Source: the human T2T-CHM13v2.0 reference genome, Homo sapiens. From it: 64,000 nt of DNA. Positions 13,243 to 28,367 of the stretch are shown here, piece by piece (position 1 is the stretch's first letter; every line of letters begins with the position of its first letter). The notes beneath the pieces are model-generated. The model was not told the origin of the DNA. It was given only the letters and a program-made list of their open reading frames with translations, and did no database searches. Where the stretch lies: the NCBI RefSeq assembly GCF_009914755.1, contig NC_060926.1; one strand, written 5' to 3'. The translations under genes and the position numbers were made by a program.

Positions 13243-13553
13243 GTTTTTGTTTGTTTGTTTGTCTGTTTGTTTTTGAGACAAAGTCTTGCTCTGTCGCCCA
13301 GGCTGGAGTGCAACCTCCACTTCCCGGGTTCAAGTGATGCTCTTGCCTCAGCCTCCCAAGTAGCTGGGATTAGAGGAGTGTGCCACCACACCAGGATAAT
13401 TTTTGTACGCCAGGATAATTTTTGTATTTTTGGTAGAGATGGGTTTTCAGCATGTTGGCAAGGTTGCTCTCAAACTGATCACTGACCTCAAGTGATCTGC
13501 CTGCCTCAGCCTCCCAAAGTGCTGGGATTACGGATGTGAGCCACCATGCCCAA
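13243..13553 (-). mobile_element. AluS with internal deletion and a short tandem duplication
   Basis: Antisense Alu with (TTTG)n tail; CCAGGATAATTTTTGTA repeated near 13391-13426. Confidence 0.93.
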
Positions 13554-14094
13554 CTTATGTTTAGTTATTTAAAAATTACTGGTCACTGGCCTTCCCGCAG
13601 AATCTAGAAAATGAGAGCAGAAGAGTTGCTTCATTTGACAAAAGAGCGTATAATATTTCCTGGGCTGAGGGAAGGAGGCTGGGCGAGGTGACCCTCTGGG
13701 ATCCTGTTGGATGAGGTACCAGATCTGTGAATTGGAACTCTGTCCCTGAGAACACTTCTGTGAAGCCCTGCAAAGACAATTGTCAAGGGCAAGGGAACTA
13801 GTAATCCTTCCCTGGAGAACTAGGAGTCCTGGGTTCTGCTCTTGGCTCTGCCCCAGCAGGTCTGCCATTGCCTGGTGCTGTTTCTGGATTAGGCGCTGTT
13901 TAATAATCACCTTTGTCTCTTCCCGGATTGCTCCAGCCCAAGCTGAACTCCCCACTCCGGACTCATTCGCATGCTGTCTTGTAATGATGCAAATTGTGAT
14001 TGTTTAACTCTGACAATTAAGTTTTTGTGCATTAATGGTACTATCTCCCTAAATATCTAATGAATTCCCCAAGGGACTTTTTTACTTTAGAGAG

Positions 14095-14260
14095 GCAGTG
14101 TAGAGTAGTGGTGAAAGCATGGCCTTTCAGCAAAAGGATTAGGGCCTAACCTTCTCAATGCACTATGCCTCAGTTTCCTCATCTGTAAAATGAGGTTGCA
14201 GGTTAAATGAGTTACTATATATGAAGTGCTTAGAATGGGCCTGACACAGGGTAAATATAT
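14095..14260 (+). mobile_element. MIR SINE
   Basis: Core GCCTCAGTTTCCTCATCTGTAAAATG. Confidence 0.85.
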
Positions 14261-14501
14261 ATAATATTGATATATGTGGTAAGTATATTACTATAGTATA
14301 TTTTTATTATTTCTTTTTGACCCCTCATAGTATTTGGTTCAGTGCTTGGCATAGGGTTGTTCTACGTTTTTCCTACTTGCCTGCATTTCTTTTACCTTTT
14401 CTTTATTTTCCCGTCAGTAAATATTTGTTAGGCAAATAAGAGCCTTTGTAATGAGATGGATCCTGGTGAAAATGGAGGCTAGGTGGTTGAATTCACTATA
14501 T

Positions 14502-15002
14502 CTGTTGGTTGTTCTCCCTTTGCTCCTCTAAATTGATTCTCTATCCCTGCTCAGTTCTATGCCTGGGGGAGCTGACCTAAATGGGCCACATCCCCTGCCA
14601 GCCCTGCCCTGTGGAAATCCACCCCCAGAAGACACAGCAGGAGATGAGAGAGTGGGCAGAAGAGTGGTTGGGATATTTCTTCCATTCATCTCTGCTTTGA
14701 CACAGCATCCAGGGCTGTAGTTGTGTCCTTTCTTGATTACATCTTGAGTGGTCCGGCGGCCCCTCCTATCTTCCTGCCCTCACTGGGCTTTGGTGGTTGT
14801 TTTCCCGTTTCGTCTTAGACCTTGTAGAAGTAGGAGTTTCTGCTGGTGCAGGTTGCTGGGGTGGGGGTGGAGGGGGGTCTCAGCATCCACTGTTTTGCCT
14901 TAATCCTGTCCACTCCTCTATAAGCAGTTTTTTAAATTCATATTTCATCAGTCAAATTATCTGAGACGAATTCCATTTTGTGCCGAAATCTTAACCAAGA
15001 CA
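14502..15002 (+). mobile_element. Ancient ERVL LTR (LTR40/41-like)
   Basis: TGTTGG start, ggagatgagagagtgggcag...gggatatttcttcc block, ...AAGACA end; family from recall. Confidence 0.5.
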
Positions 15003-18000
15003 TTACATATTCCTGGAAATGTCCTTTTATGCCTCTGGGTCTCCATTTCCTCCTCTAGAGCAGAAGGGGGTTGGTCAGAATCACTGTCTCCAAGGTTTTT
15101 TCTAGGTCTGAGAGGCTACTGGGCTATCATTAGAATTTAGAGTGACTTTATGATAAACTGCAGAGGTTTTCAGTTACGAACAAGGTGAATTCCAATCAAG
15201 AACAAGTGTAGAGAAGTGGGCTTTGTGAAGAAAAGCAAATTACAGAAATACCAGGTAATAAACGCCTGACTGTGTGCAAGTGCATCAGCAAAAGACCCAG
15301 GCATGAGTAAGCAGTGTGTGATGTTGCTTGGAGGGGGTACATCTGGGTATACTAAGCAAGGTGTGATCTGTGGGAAGTACAAGGCAATCCCCTGGAAACG
15401 CTTGTCACTGTGCACACCAGGCCTGGATGCTGCGATTTGATTCAGCTCAGTAACTTAGAAGGCGTGAATTTAAGAAAAAAGAAACCTAAAGTTAGATTGG
15501 AATTGGAAAATGGCCTTTAGAAAGGTCAATTTCTTCTTTCCTTCCTCCTCTCTCCTTTCGTTAAGAGCCTGAAAACAGAATTAAGCAGTCCTCATTCATA
15601 TGAGGGAACATCTCAAGTCCCTGTGTCTTGGAAATGAACTATGTTGAGCAAGTTGCATTTTAGTTAATCATACATGTAATCGTGGACATAAATTACAATG
15701 ATCAGTAATTTGTATATTGTTAATGGGTTTGTCACTGGCAGTATTGAGGGTTCTTGAAAATATTTTCTTTTCAGTTTGCCCATTTTTTCCACTGTGATGG
15801 CTTAGACACTGAGGAATGACTGGCATAGAACAGGTTTTCATTGAATATCTCTAGTGGAAAGAGTACCTGATTAGTTAGAAGATGGCCATTTGAATAGCTG
15901 TTCCATTTTTTGATGTTAAACTCTTTCAATTGCTTGTAGGTAATAAAGGCCTGAGTATAGCGCTTATTTCTAAGGCATGCCTTTTAAAGTGGCTATGTTG
16001 GTTTCACAAGAAGAAATTGTAAAAGTAACAAGGTCTGGAGAAGAAAGATATCTGGCTAGCAAATAAAAATGGCTAGCTCTGTGTCCCAGCCCCATCACCA
16101 ATTAATTGCCAGTTTCATGCAAGTTATTTAATCCCCTGGGTTTGAATTTTCTCACTATCCTCCATTTGAGGAACACATTTCTGTTTTAAAAGCATGTTCA
16201 TGTGTAGTGCTGAAATGTAGTAGTCAAAGGAAATGGTAGTTTCTTTGGCCATCATAACTGTCCTAGAACTATGTAGTGCCAGGCTGATCAGGATTTATAG
16301 ATAAGAGGGTCAAGGCTTAGGGATGTTAATTAACTTTGTTAAGAAATAGAGTTGTATTAGGGTGTTTTTACTCACTCAATCTATTTTCAGCTTCATTTTA
16401 TTGTGATAGTATCTCTGTGATATATTTAGTAAGGAACATAAATGTTAATAGAATTATTGACCTGTAAGTTTTGAAATGAGCAAGTAAAATTATTCAACAC
16501 AGCCTGTGTTCCTAGGTCTTTCTTGCTAGAATGTTAATTTTTATTGCTGAATGAAAGGCAAGTCATTTGATTTTGTAATAGATGCCCTTCCTTCCCCACT
16601 CCACACAAACCGCAGAGCTTTGCTCTCTGGAAAGAACTCAATATATAAGCTCCACAACAAGTAAGACTTGAGATGGCACACTTGGAACAGTCAGAATGAG
16701 TTTGGTGAGGTATGCTAATCAAGAGAGGAAAGGAGCACAATTCATTTCTGAATTGGTTATCAAATTCTTCTTGTAAGTGACACGATTGAAACTGTCAATT
16801 GGCTTTGCAACCTGCTGAGTCCATATTTCTACATCTGTGAAAGCTCAGCAAATGAGACCTTCTCAGCAAAGGAAGAGAGTTTCACCAGCAAGAAATTTCA
16901 TGAGGTGTCGCACCCTGTGGCCAACCATTTCTCAAGAGACCTGTTTCTGTTTCACCTATCAAATTACCTTATGATTGACAGGCAGCTTCACTCATTACTC
17001 AGATTTCCTATCTCCTTGGCAAATCTGGTCACCACAATACTCTTTAAAAAACACGCTCATGTTATTAGTATGAAAACATTCAACACTAGAGCTTGTTGGG
17101 ACTCAAAGAGTCCCCTTTCCCAAGAGCGGCCATTCAGTTTTCCCATGTTGAACCCTTATCAGGTAGGCCCAAGGACCCTTCTCTTCATCCCTGTTGAAAT
17201 ATTTTACAAAAGATTCTTCTCAATTGCATTCTATGCTGCCATTCAAAATCACAGGCTATCCGCACTACAAAATGATGCCTTAAATCAGATGCTGTACTAA
17301 AAATTATAACCAAGAAGCTCCATTTAAGCGGCAGGGTTTATTTAGCCATTTTTAGCGTTGTAAGATGGACAGAGGCATTTCTCTGTCTTCCATAAGGGAA
17401 GAGGCATCTCATGGAGGCCTATCAGTGTTTGAGCAATGTAGAGTTGAAGCTCATCCACTTACATTCAACCTTGAGATAGTCTTCTCTTTGAAGTCTTCTT
17501 CTATAAAATCTCTATAGATGTCTTCTTCTATAAAGATGTTTTGAAGAGTATGATGTGTTTAATATATGTGTAGGTGGCAAAGATCATTGAGAAAAAAATG
17601 ATATGTGTTTAGTTTTTTTCTTTTGGGTGTTTTCTTTCCTTCCAGACATTATGTCTGTTTCAAACACACACTCCTAGTAACAGAATAGCTACAGCTACAT
17701 GAATAAACACATTGTCCAGCTGAAAGAACACTATTCAGACTGCTGAAAACAGAGCCAAGTTAAACAATAGGTGCATAGAAAGGGTAGAATGGCATTTTGC
17801 CACTTAATGAATTATAAGAAACAGATGTAAGTTGTTTAAAAGGACACATAGCCTGAATGTGGTCCATTTATCACAAATTTGCAGAAGGACTTAGATTCAT
17901 GATTTAGGGAATAGTCACTAACTGATTTGTGTATATACATGTATTTGATGATCCTGTCATATGATTTCATGGCTTTTCTCATGCAAAGACCCACTTATTA

Positions 18001-18744
18001 TTGGAGGTACTTAATGCTTTTGCTGGACTGGGGTTGAGAAAATTGAAAATTTCATTATCATCCACTTCTTACCACCACAGTACACATAACATTATTCTCC
18101 TTGCCTGGGATTTCCTAACTATTTTCTTAGAACATGGTGGAGTGGGGGCTGCTTGTACATTAGAGACGATTATTAATAATTATAAACTCCCTGAGGTCAA
18201 GTCTCTGCCTTATGTTCTGCTGTATCTCCTACAGTATGTAGCAAAGTGCCAACAGAGCAAGCACTTCAATATGCTTAATAATAACATGTTGCACAACCAT
18301 ATTCTTAGTAACATCTTCCCCTGAAGAAGCTTGCACAGAATCTGATCATCTACCTCCACATAGCCATCAAGTAATGGCAGGTTTGGGACTGGGAAGCACA
18401 GAGAAAAAGCAAAGGCATGAGATGTTGTGATAAGTAAGAGAAGAACCAAGACAGGCTAGTAAAGTGAGGAATGTTGAAAGGAATAAGCAAGGGGAGATCA
18501 CTTGGTAATTTGTGGCTGTTCAAGAAGAGGTCAGAATAAAGCAAATGATTATAGCCCTGAAGGACTGTATTTAGTGCAAGGCCTGAGCAAGAAGGTGAAC
18601 TTTTCTGAAACTGTAAGTGGGGTGGGTGGCTCCCAGAGTTTGCCCTGTCCAAGGAATTCAGGGGAAAACGATGGTGGGCTCACCAGACTAAAAGAAGACA
18701 TGGACAAAATACATGTAATTAGCCTACTGGCTCTACAATAGTCA

Positions 18745-19039
<295 letters not shown>

Positions 19040-19300
19040 AAGACCCTATCTCAAAAAAAGGGGCATTTCTATAATTTGGCAAGGGGTATGTGTGTGTGTG
19101 CATAAGAAAAGACCTTCAGAGTCTCCAGGAATAATAATTACAAACATTTAGTGCTTGATATGCACTCAAACTGTCTTAAACCCTTAAAATAGAATTTTAA
19201 TCTGTCTTCATAAGAATATTATGAGGTGGAAACGATTATTACCTTCACTTGTAAGATGAAAAAATTAAGGCACAGAATGATTAAATAATTTGCCTATTAT

Positions 19301-19650
19301 TGCCTTAGCCTGTTTTATGCTGGTGTAGCAGAATATTTGAGACTGAGTAATTTATAATGAACAGAAATCTATTGGCTCACAATTCGGAAGACTAAGAAGT
19401 CCAAGATAGAAGGACCGGTATCTGGTGAGGACCTTCTTACTGTGTCCTGTCATGGTGGAAGGACAAAGATAGGGCAAGAGAGCAAGAAAGACCCAAACCC
19501 ACTTTTATACCAAACCCACTCTTGTGATAACAAACTCACTCCTGTTCTAATGACAGAGCCCTCATGACCTAATCATGTCTTAAAGGTCCTACCTCTCAAT
19601 ACTGCTGCATGTTAAGTTTCCAACACGTGAACACATTCAAACCACAGGAA
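19301..19650 (-). mobile_element. MaLR LTR (MST/MLT1A-like) adjoining a MIR remnant
   Basis: gagactgagtaatttataa...ggctcaca...aagtccaagat...catgacctaatca...cattcaaacca. Confidence 0.8.
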
Positions 19651-22446
19651 CTGCCAACTGGCTAAGAAGAAGAAGAGCTAGGTAGGCTGGTTCCATGGTG
19701 GAAGTGATTCTAGGGATAGTCAGATAAACATATTGGGCAAGAGAAAAAGGTATGGAAGGATTTTTTCTTTTTCTTTTTTTTTTTTTTTCAAATCAAGTTC
19801 AGAACTGGGGATAGGTCTCACACAGACAGCTAAGACTTGTGTGACTCTCTAACCATTCTGGGAAAGGGGAATATTTCAGAGACAGGACAATTTAATTTCA
19901 AGTGACTTAACTAAGCTTGTGGAAGAGTATCTAGGCTGGGTAGCCTGAGAGCATTTCTATCCTCGCCCCATAATATATCTGCATGTTTCTAACTTGTTAG
20001 AAAACCTTGGGTTCACAGCTCCTCCTTTTCTAGTTGCTGTCTTTGAAAAATAGAAACATGAGATTCTTATTAGTCATTTAATGTCTGCAGAGCCCTTGAA
20101 ATTCTACTAGGAGTGCATAGTAAAAATTGATCTCACTCCTTTACTCTTTTTGCTTTGTGTTTAATGTATATAATAACCAGTAAAGTTATCTATTCAGTTT
20201 ACTAAATATAGGTAGAATTTGAAACATCAGAAAGGAAGGAATTCCCGTAAGACATGAGGATTGACACTGAAGTAAGCTCCAATATCATAATTCTTCCATT
20301 TGTAATTGAGTAGTGAAATCATATCTCTTTCCTGTGTTCTTGCTTTATATCCCAAATCTTAAGCCCCATTAAAAATATTTTTTAAGAGAAAGAGACAAAA
20401 CAGGATTTGTAGGTGGGTAGTGACTTAGTACTTTTAAGCAGTGGCTACTAACAATCTGAAATGTGAAATTATCTCACTTTCACACAAGAAGAGATGTAGA
20501 AGATTTTATTTGAAGTGTGTCTTAGCAGGGAGGAGAGAGACCTCACAGCAACAGACAGGATCCAATATGGCTGCTTCTCTGATGGAGTCCAATGCCTTCT
20601 CTAGGTTTATCCTGAACTTCCAGTAGGGAGGTGGTTATTATTCAGCTATTTCTCAATGTAATACCTCCCCTTCTGAATTATCAAAAGGCAGAGGTTTAGG
20701 AATATTTTTAGCAACATGAACTATTATATGAAAAAATAATTGAAGACCTAGGGCTGTTGAAAGGCTCTTTTCAATTTCAGTTAACACCCAGGCATGCCTG
20801 ATTACAGCACAGCTGCCAAGGCAAACTTCTCGCTTCAAAACATGGCATCCCAGATTTCACAGTGGTCCTAGGGCTTCAAGACTGTTAACACCTTTACAGT
20901 CCTTGTAAAATCACATATAGCAGCTGTCTGCCTTCCAGGGTAAACTCTCTGATGAAGAGGATTGAACTTTTTCAGGCTATATCTTTGGAGTGATCCAAGG
21001 AGATAGATCTGGAAGAAGTTATTATTAAGGGCCCACTCTTAGTTCACATTTTACTGATTTGAGTAGTTTCTATCTTTCTGTATTCAAACTAGCACATTAA
21101 AATAAAGGAAGAGAGTTGTTTTAGTGCTTCATCAAGTATTTTGGTCATTCAGCAACCAACCAGCCAGCAGTGTTCAGAAAGGCTGCTATATGCCATGCAT
21201 TGCTCTAGGTGCTTCATGGATACCTAACTTGCAAGGAATACTTAGTGAACAACCACTGGATTCCCTCATATTTTGGAGTAAATTCCAACTGGAGTTGCTC
21301 ATGCCAAGTAATGCCAATACAACACCCTATGGATGTAGAGCAGACATGAGTCTTAGGGAGGAATTATGCATTTAACAATTTTCTTCATTTTAGTAACTCA
21401 GCTTGAGGTTTGAATTTCTGACTGCAAGCTTCATTCTGCTAGGTTAGTGGAAAGAAACCTTAACCTCAGTCCTTTCTGGGGTTTCCCCATGTCTCCCCAG
21501 GATTGTGTCACACTCTGGATCTTGTGCAATGTCAAGACACTGGGGTAGGGTGCTGGTCAGGTCCTCTCATGCCTGTCTGCTTACATTGTTTCTCTCTTCG
21601 CCACTCTTCAGGAATGGTGACTCTCAGCTATTCCTGTGCTCCGCTTGGGGCCAGGAGATCTTGGGTGAGGTGTCTCTGGTTCTGTTGGTCTGTGTGCACC
21701 CTATAGCCAATTCACTTCTTTCTCTGAGGTCTTGCTCTCTTCTAGGTGGTGACCCTAGGGATTGAGATATAGGTCCTCTCTGCTCCTTGACCTACCTCTC
21801 TCTCCCTCTGACCTCAGGAGGAGTCTTTTTAGGGCCTGAGGGAAATTATTCTCTGTTCAGGTTTCTTTGAGAGACTTCCTTATCCTGAAGACTTTTGTTA
21901 AACAAATGGCTGAAAGACTAGTGAGGGTATTTGAACCTTTTTCTCTGACACATTCTTCCCATGAGCCAATGAAGAATAGAGGCAAGTTATGAGAACATGG
22001 CAGGGATGGTGACAGGGAAGTGAAAAGAAACTATTTCAAATAACTATTTCAAAATATTAACCCTCAACAACCGTAATGGATATAAACGCATGTGCTCATC
22101 AAAATGGCAGCAAGGGGAGACGGTCAAAGGAATTAGAAGGAAGGGTGAATCCGACTCATATGGGACTGAGAGGGTCTCTGGTGTGTCAGGACATAGCTGT
22201 GCGTCCTCAGTGGTGCCTCCTGAAGATTGCATGGCATACAAGTGTGCAGCTCTTATAAATGACTGGTTGGGATTGAATGGCCCCAGGGTAGAGTGGGCAA
22301 TGATCAAATGTCCTGTGGAGCAGTTGGAATGTAGACTATTTGTGAGGGCGGGGGAAGGGGTATTAGAAGAAAGAGATAAAGTTTCTCCACAAGAATGTCT
22401 TCTACTTTGTAAAAGTAGAACCACTGACTCTGGATATTGGTTTTAG

Positions 22447-22779
<333 letters not shown>

Positions 22780-22992
22780 CATCTCATTTTTTAAAGGACA
22801 GAAAGATGAAATGCTTTGCCTCAAATTGTCTAGTCCATGGTGAGAGTGGAGCTAAACCCATTTTGGGGGTCCCTGTCCCTTGTGCTCTCTAGGATGTTCT
22901 GTATACTGCAAACATATTTAGCAATTTGGTTATTTTAAGAATAAGAACAAACTGAAAAAGATCATCTTTATTGATGCTAATACATTAACATA

Positions 22993-23292
22993 TTTTTTTT
23001 GTTTGTTTTTGCAACAGGGTCTTGCTCTGTTGCCCAGTCTGGAGTACAGTGGCATGATCTAGGCTCATTGTAACCTCTACCTTCTGGGTTCAATTGATTC
23101 TCATGCCTCAGCCTCCTCAGTAGCTGGAATTACAGGAGTGCACCACCACACCTGGCTAATTTTTGTATTTTTAGTAGAGATGGGGTTTTGCCATATTGGC
23201 CAGGCTGGTCTTGAACTCCTGGCCTCAAGTGATCTGCCTGCCTTGGCCTCCCAAAGTGCTGGGATTACAGGCATGAGCCACCGTGACTGGCC
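22993..23292 (-). mobile_element. Alu (S/J)
   Basis: Antisense dimer with T-rich tail. Confidence 0.94.
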
Positions 23293-23784
23293 CACTGACA
23301 AATTTTAACAGGTTTCAAAGACAAAAACCCTTTGTCTATGTAACTATTCCCTGGCAGTTTATTTCCTAGATGTCATCTAAGGACTTGGATTGCACAAAGT
23401 GAATCACCATTGTGTTCTCAGACTCAGAAGCTCAGGCCAGCTGCATGGCCAGATGGCCCAGTGGCCCCACAGACCCTATCCTTCTGGCTTGAGAGAAAGA
23501 GAAGCAAAGCAGAGAGAGAGAGAGAGAAAAATTATAGCCAGTGGCTGCTGCAAATCCAGCTGTTGATCCTATTCCAGACATGAGCACAATGATCATCTGG
23601 CTGCCAAAAGAATAACACATATTCTAGCCAGGGAGAACTGCCAAGGATCTGATGAGGGTTTGCTTCCATACATGTGTATTGTCTCATGAGCATCCAGAAG
23701 ATGGATGAAGCTCAGTTTACTTTTTTTCTTCAGTATTATTTGAAGAATACATTTTGTGATTTTGTTACGCCTTTTGCTACTCCA

Positions 23785-23930
23785 AGTGTGATTTGTGGAC
23801 GAGCGGCATCAGTGTCACTCACAGCAGGTTAGAACTGCAGAATCTTGGGACCCACTTCAAACTCAGTGACTCAGCTTCTGCATTTTAACAAGATCCCTGG
23901 GCGATTCGCATGCACCTTACGGTGGAGAAG
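23785..23930. mobile_element. MER5A-like MITE remnant
   Basis: gttagaactgcagaatct...ctgcattttaacaagatccc. Confidence 0.7.
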
Positions 23931-24029
23931 CAGAGTGGAAAGCACACCATGACAGGTCATAGGACTGGGCCAATAGGAATTGGTTGGAAAACTCAGTGGT
24001 GGCCAGCATTGAGTGATGGCAAGAAGACC

Positions 24030-24200
24030 AGACTGAGATAGGAGACCTGGGTTCTAGACCCAATTCTACCACTTCCGTCTGTCTGACCCTGGGAAATCAC
24101 TCCCTGTCTTGAAGCACTGATTTCCTCATCTTTAAAATGGGAAAAATATCTGACTTGCTTATTGCAGGGCTGTGGTAAGGATCAAATGAGATACTTCATC
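24030..24200 (+). mobile_element. MIR SINE
   Basis: agacctgggttctag...tttcctcatctttaaaatggg...aaggatcaaatgaga. Confidence 0.8.
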
Positions 24201-24446
24201 AGCAAAATGATCTGTGAGATATAATGCACTTTTCAAATGCAAGGGGCTGACAATTGTCATTGTTCAGATCTACCTAAAATGGAATTTGGGCTTTTTGACT
24301 TGTGAAATGAGTCACTGAACCATTCTAAGTTAACTATGAAGAATATGTACGTGACATGCAAGAGCAGGAAACACCTCTGAGCCACTTTCCTCAGAGATGA
24401 GCACAGGATTCTAATTTTACAAATGGATACAGGGAGGCCCTATTTA

Positions 24447-24908
<462 letters not shown>

Positions 24909-25159
24909 TTATAGACCAATTGAATTAGAACCACCAGTGCTGGGACATAAACGTTATTTTTTAAAAACTGCCCAGTTGATTCTAATGTGCAGCTAGAGTT
25001 GACCATTGCAGATAAAGCGCTACATCAGAACGAGTTTCTAGGTACAATTGAACCCTTCTTCTCGTTGCCAACTGTGGGATAAAATTAGGAAAGGGAAACA
25101 CTTCTGCTTTCCCCCTTCATGTTTCAAGAATCCCTCTTAAGGTAATTCATTAGAATTTA

Positions 25160-25400
<241 letters not shown>

Positions 25401-25824
25401 TAATAAAAGAAGATAATAATGAGCACTAGGAACTCTGAGCACAAGGACTTCTTTAAGTATTCTATTATGATGTGATTTGGTGGAGTGAGGCATTACAGTT
25501 CCAGTTTCCTAGGCTTTACAAATGGGACCTATCAAAAGAGGGATGCAGAGAATAAGGAATGAACACTTGGATTCAGGGGAAACCCAAGAAAAAAAAAATT
25601 TATTGGTTAGGGGAAGTCTGATGACAGTGAGCCAGGAAAGAAAACTCAGGTACTTGAGTACTCAGGTGCTTCAAGGTTATTCAGAAAAAAAAAAGAGAGA
25701 GAGAAAACAGAAAAAAGAATAAAAAGCCTTTTTATGTTTTTCTATCTTTTTTTCTCTCTTTCCTCTCTGCTTTCTGAATGCTGAAGGAAAGTATTATGGT
25801 CACTGGTAAAAACAAACATTCTGA

Positions 25825-26332
25825 CATATGCACACGTATGTTTATTGCAGCACTATTTACAATAGCAAAGACTTGGAACCAACCCAAATGCTCATCAATG
25901 ATAGACTGGATAAAGAAAATATGGCACGTATACACCATGGAATACTATGCAGCCATAAAAAGAATGAGTTCATGTCCTTTGCAGGGACATAGATGAAGCT
26001 GGAGTCCATCATTCTCAGCAAACTAACACAGGAACAGAAAACCAACCACCACATGTTCTCACTCATAAGTGGGAGCTGAACAATGAGAACACATGGACAC
26101 AGGGAGGGGAACATCACACACTGAGGCCTTTTGGGGGGACAAAGGGAGGGAGAGCACTAGAACAAACACCTAATGCATGTGGGGCTTAAAACTTAGATGA
26201 TAAGTTGATAGGTGCAGCAAACCACCATGGCACATGTATATCTATATAACAAACCTGCACATTTTGCACATGTATCCCAGAACTTTCTGCACATGTATCC
26301 CCGAACTTAAAGTAAAAAAAAAAAAAAAAAAA
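25825..26332 (+). mobile_element. 5'-truncated primate L1PA (ORF2 C-terminus, 3'UTR, poly(A))
   Basis: CTRMFIAALFTIAKTWNQPKC..WIKKIW..YTMEYYAAIK; poly(A); imperfect TSD AA(A/G)ACAAACA(T/C)TCTGA. Confidence 0.95.
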
Positions 26333-28367
26333 GACAAACACTCTGAAATCAGAAGGACAGGCTTACCTCCCAGCCAGGCTTCTAAATTGCCGTCACCCAC
26401 TTTGCTTTATTTCTATGAGTCCCACCTTCTTTTCTTATAAAAAGGATAGAAAGAAGATTAGTGTATCTGTTACTCAATATTGCTGTGAGGTTTCAGTATC
26501 TTTGGGCTTAGCAATTTAAAGAATTTTAAGCGGTTGTGGCACAAAAGTTTTTTTCCTCATATAGTATCTGTGCAATCATGCCTCCAAATTCTGTAATATT
26601 TAATTCTTCTTGGAAAAAAAAACAACAACAAACCAAACCCCCAAAACAAAAACCTTATTCTCTGAGGTTAAAATCTATAGTATATCTAGTTTCATGTAAT
26701 AATCTGGCTTGGAAAACAATCAGCCAAGCTTCCTAATCTCCCTTTCCATTATCTCCTTTCCTTAGGGCCTATGGCTTGGTCCTGGTGGTCCCTAGAGGCG
26801 TGTGCCAGTTATGGAGGTGGAGAGAAGGTACTCCAGAGGAAGGAGCTTGAGAGAGGAAGCCTGTTGAGCTGATCATAATTCAGTTCCCTGATGATGGCCT
26901 GGACAGTAAGCAGATATAGAACATTTTTAGAATTTTTGTCTCTTTCATTTGATTTATAGCCCAATTCCACATATTTTGCTCTCAATCTTTCTACTCCTTG
27001 CCCCAGTTCTGAAGGGGGTCAACAAAAAAGATGCCATTTTTGTGACCTTGAGAATCAGATCCTGTTTCTCCTTTCTTTAACCTGGCAGACGATGAAGGGA
27101 TAAATTCTCAGGTAGGATGGGGGTCATTTGCACGCTGTAGGAAGGTTTCCAGGTGGTAGGAAGAGGGTTGCCAGCTTAGATGGATGTAACCAGATTTGAT
27201 CTACCAAGAATGATGGTGATTAACTGACTTCTCTTTAATTTTTTAAAAAACAGGATATTGCTGCCCAGATATGTTACACTTGTGGTATTTTGGGGTATTC
27301 TCCCTGATATTGGTGCCAGCATGAGCCATAGAATCACATTCTCCAATAGTAGCTAAGCCTCCTTCCTGCCTCTGATTGGACTTTCTGGGCTCTGTAATCC
27401 TGTTGATGGCCTGAAAATGTACTAAATATGCAGCCAGGGCAAAGAAATTGCAAAACGTGCTTTACCTAAAAATAATTATGTTTTTCCCCTCAAAGGTCCA
27501 GAGAAAATGTTATTTAAGTCAATGAATACAGCCATCATTTTCATGGGGCCTCTCTTAATTTCCTTCTTTTTTTTTTTTTTTAATTTCTTGAAATAGTTAG
27601 TTCCTTATCTGTCTTTCACTTCCCATTAGAAAGTGCTGACATTCTGATTTTCTGTAATCTTATTACTCTATGTGACTTCTATAGAGCTCTTTCTTATTTT
27701 TTCTTCCTGTTATTTTTACTTTTGAACATTTACAGGGTGTTAGCTGTCAATGACAATGAACCCCAACTATGGTCTTTAATCTTTTCACGGTGGGGCTCCA
27801 AGATCTTTATAACTACCAGCAAAGAGCTCTGTGATTTGCCAAAATTCAATCATAAGGAAGAGTAACCCCCTCCACACTGTTTTTATTATGGTCTTTTCCC
27901 TCCTTGCTCTACTACATTTGTGGGCATAAAGCTTTGGGGGAATGAAAAGTGGCTGCTTGTCACCAAAACTTGGGGACTCCTGCTTTCTAGAGAAATCTCA
28001 AGAGATAGTGCCATTCTCATAAAACTTTGTCTTTTCAAAATCCTCCTTATAGTTTAAGAGTAAAAATTTCTAAGCTATATGTTACCTTTTTATTCTTTTT
28101 TCCATTTCATTCTAAAATATCAGGATTTACATTTCAAATACTACTGTCAATGAGGTTATCATATGTAGCTCTAATTTATCCGCTTTCTTGGCCAACTCCA
28201 AAAGAACAGGCTCAGCAACGAGGTCTTGATACCTCTTTTTCCCCCAGCGTCACAATCTTCCCTAGCTCCTGGGCAAAGTGATTATCAAAAGTAGATGCAT
28301 TGGAGGGTGTGTGTGCAACTCTGCTTCTCTGTTGTTACCCAGACCCAGGAATCTAATAATAACAATT

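Noticed and set aside
16905-17300. Longer unique-sequence ORFs (also 5508-5882, 13569-13955, 22044-22446, 43776-44186, 48085-48459)
   Set aside because: No recognisable domain, mostly non-ATG starts, no supporting splice or poly(A) structure; lengths expected by chance in 64 kb
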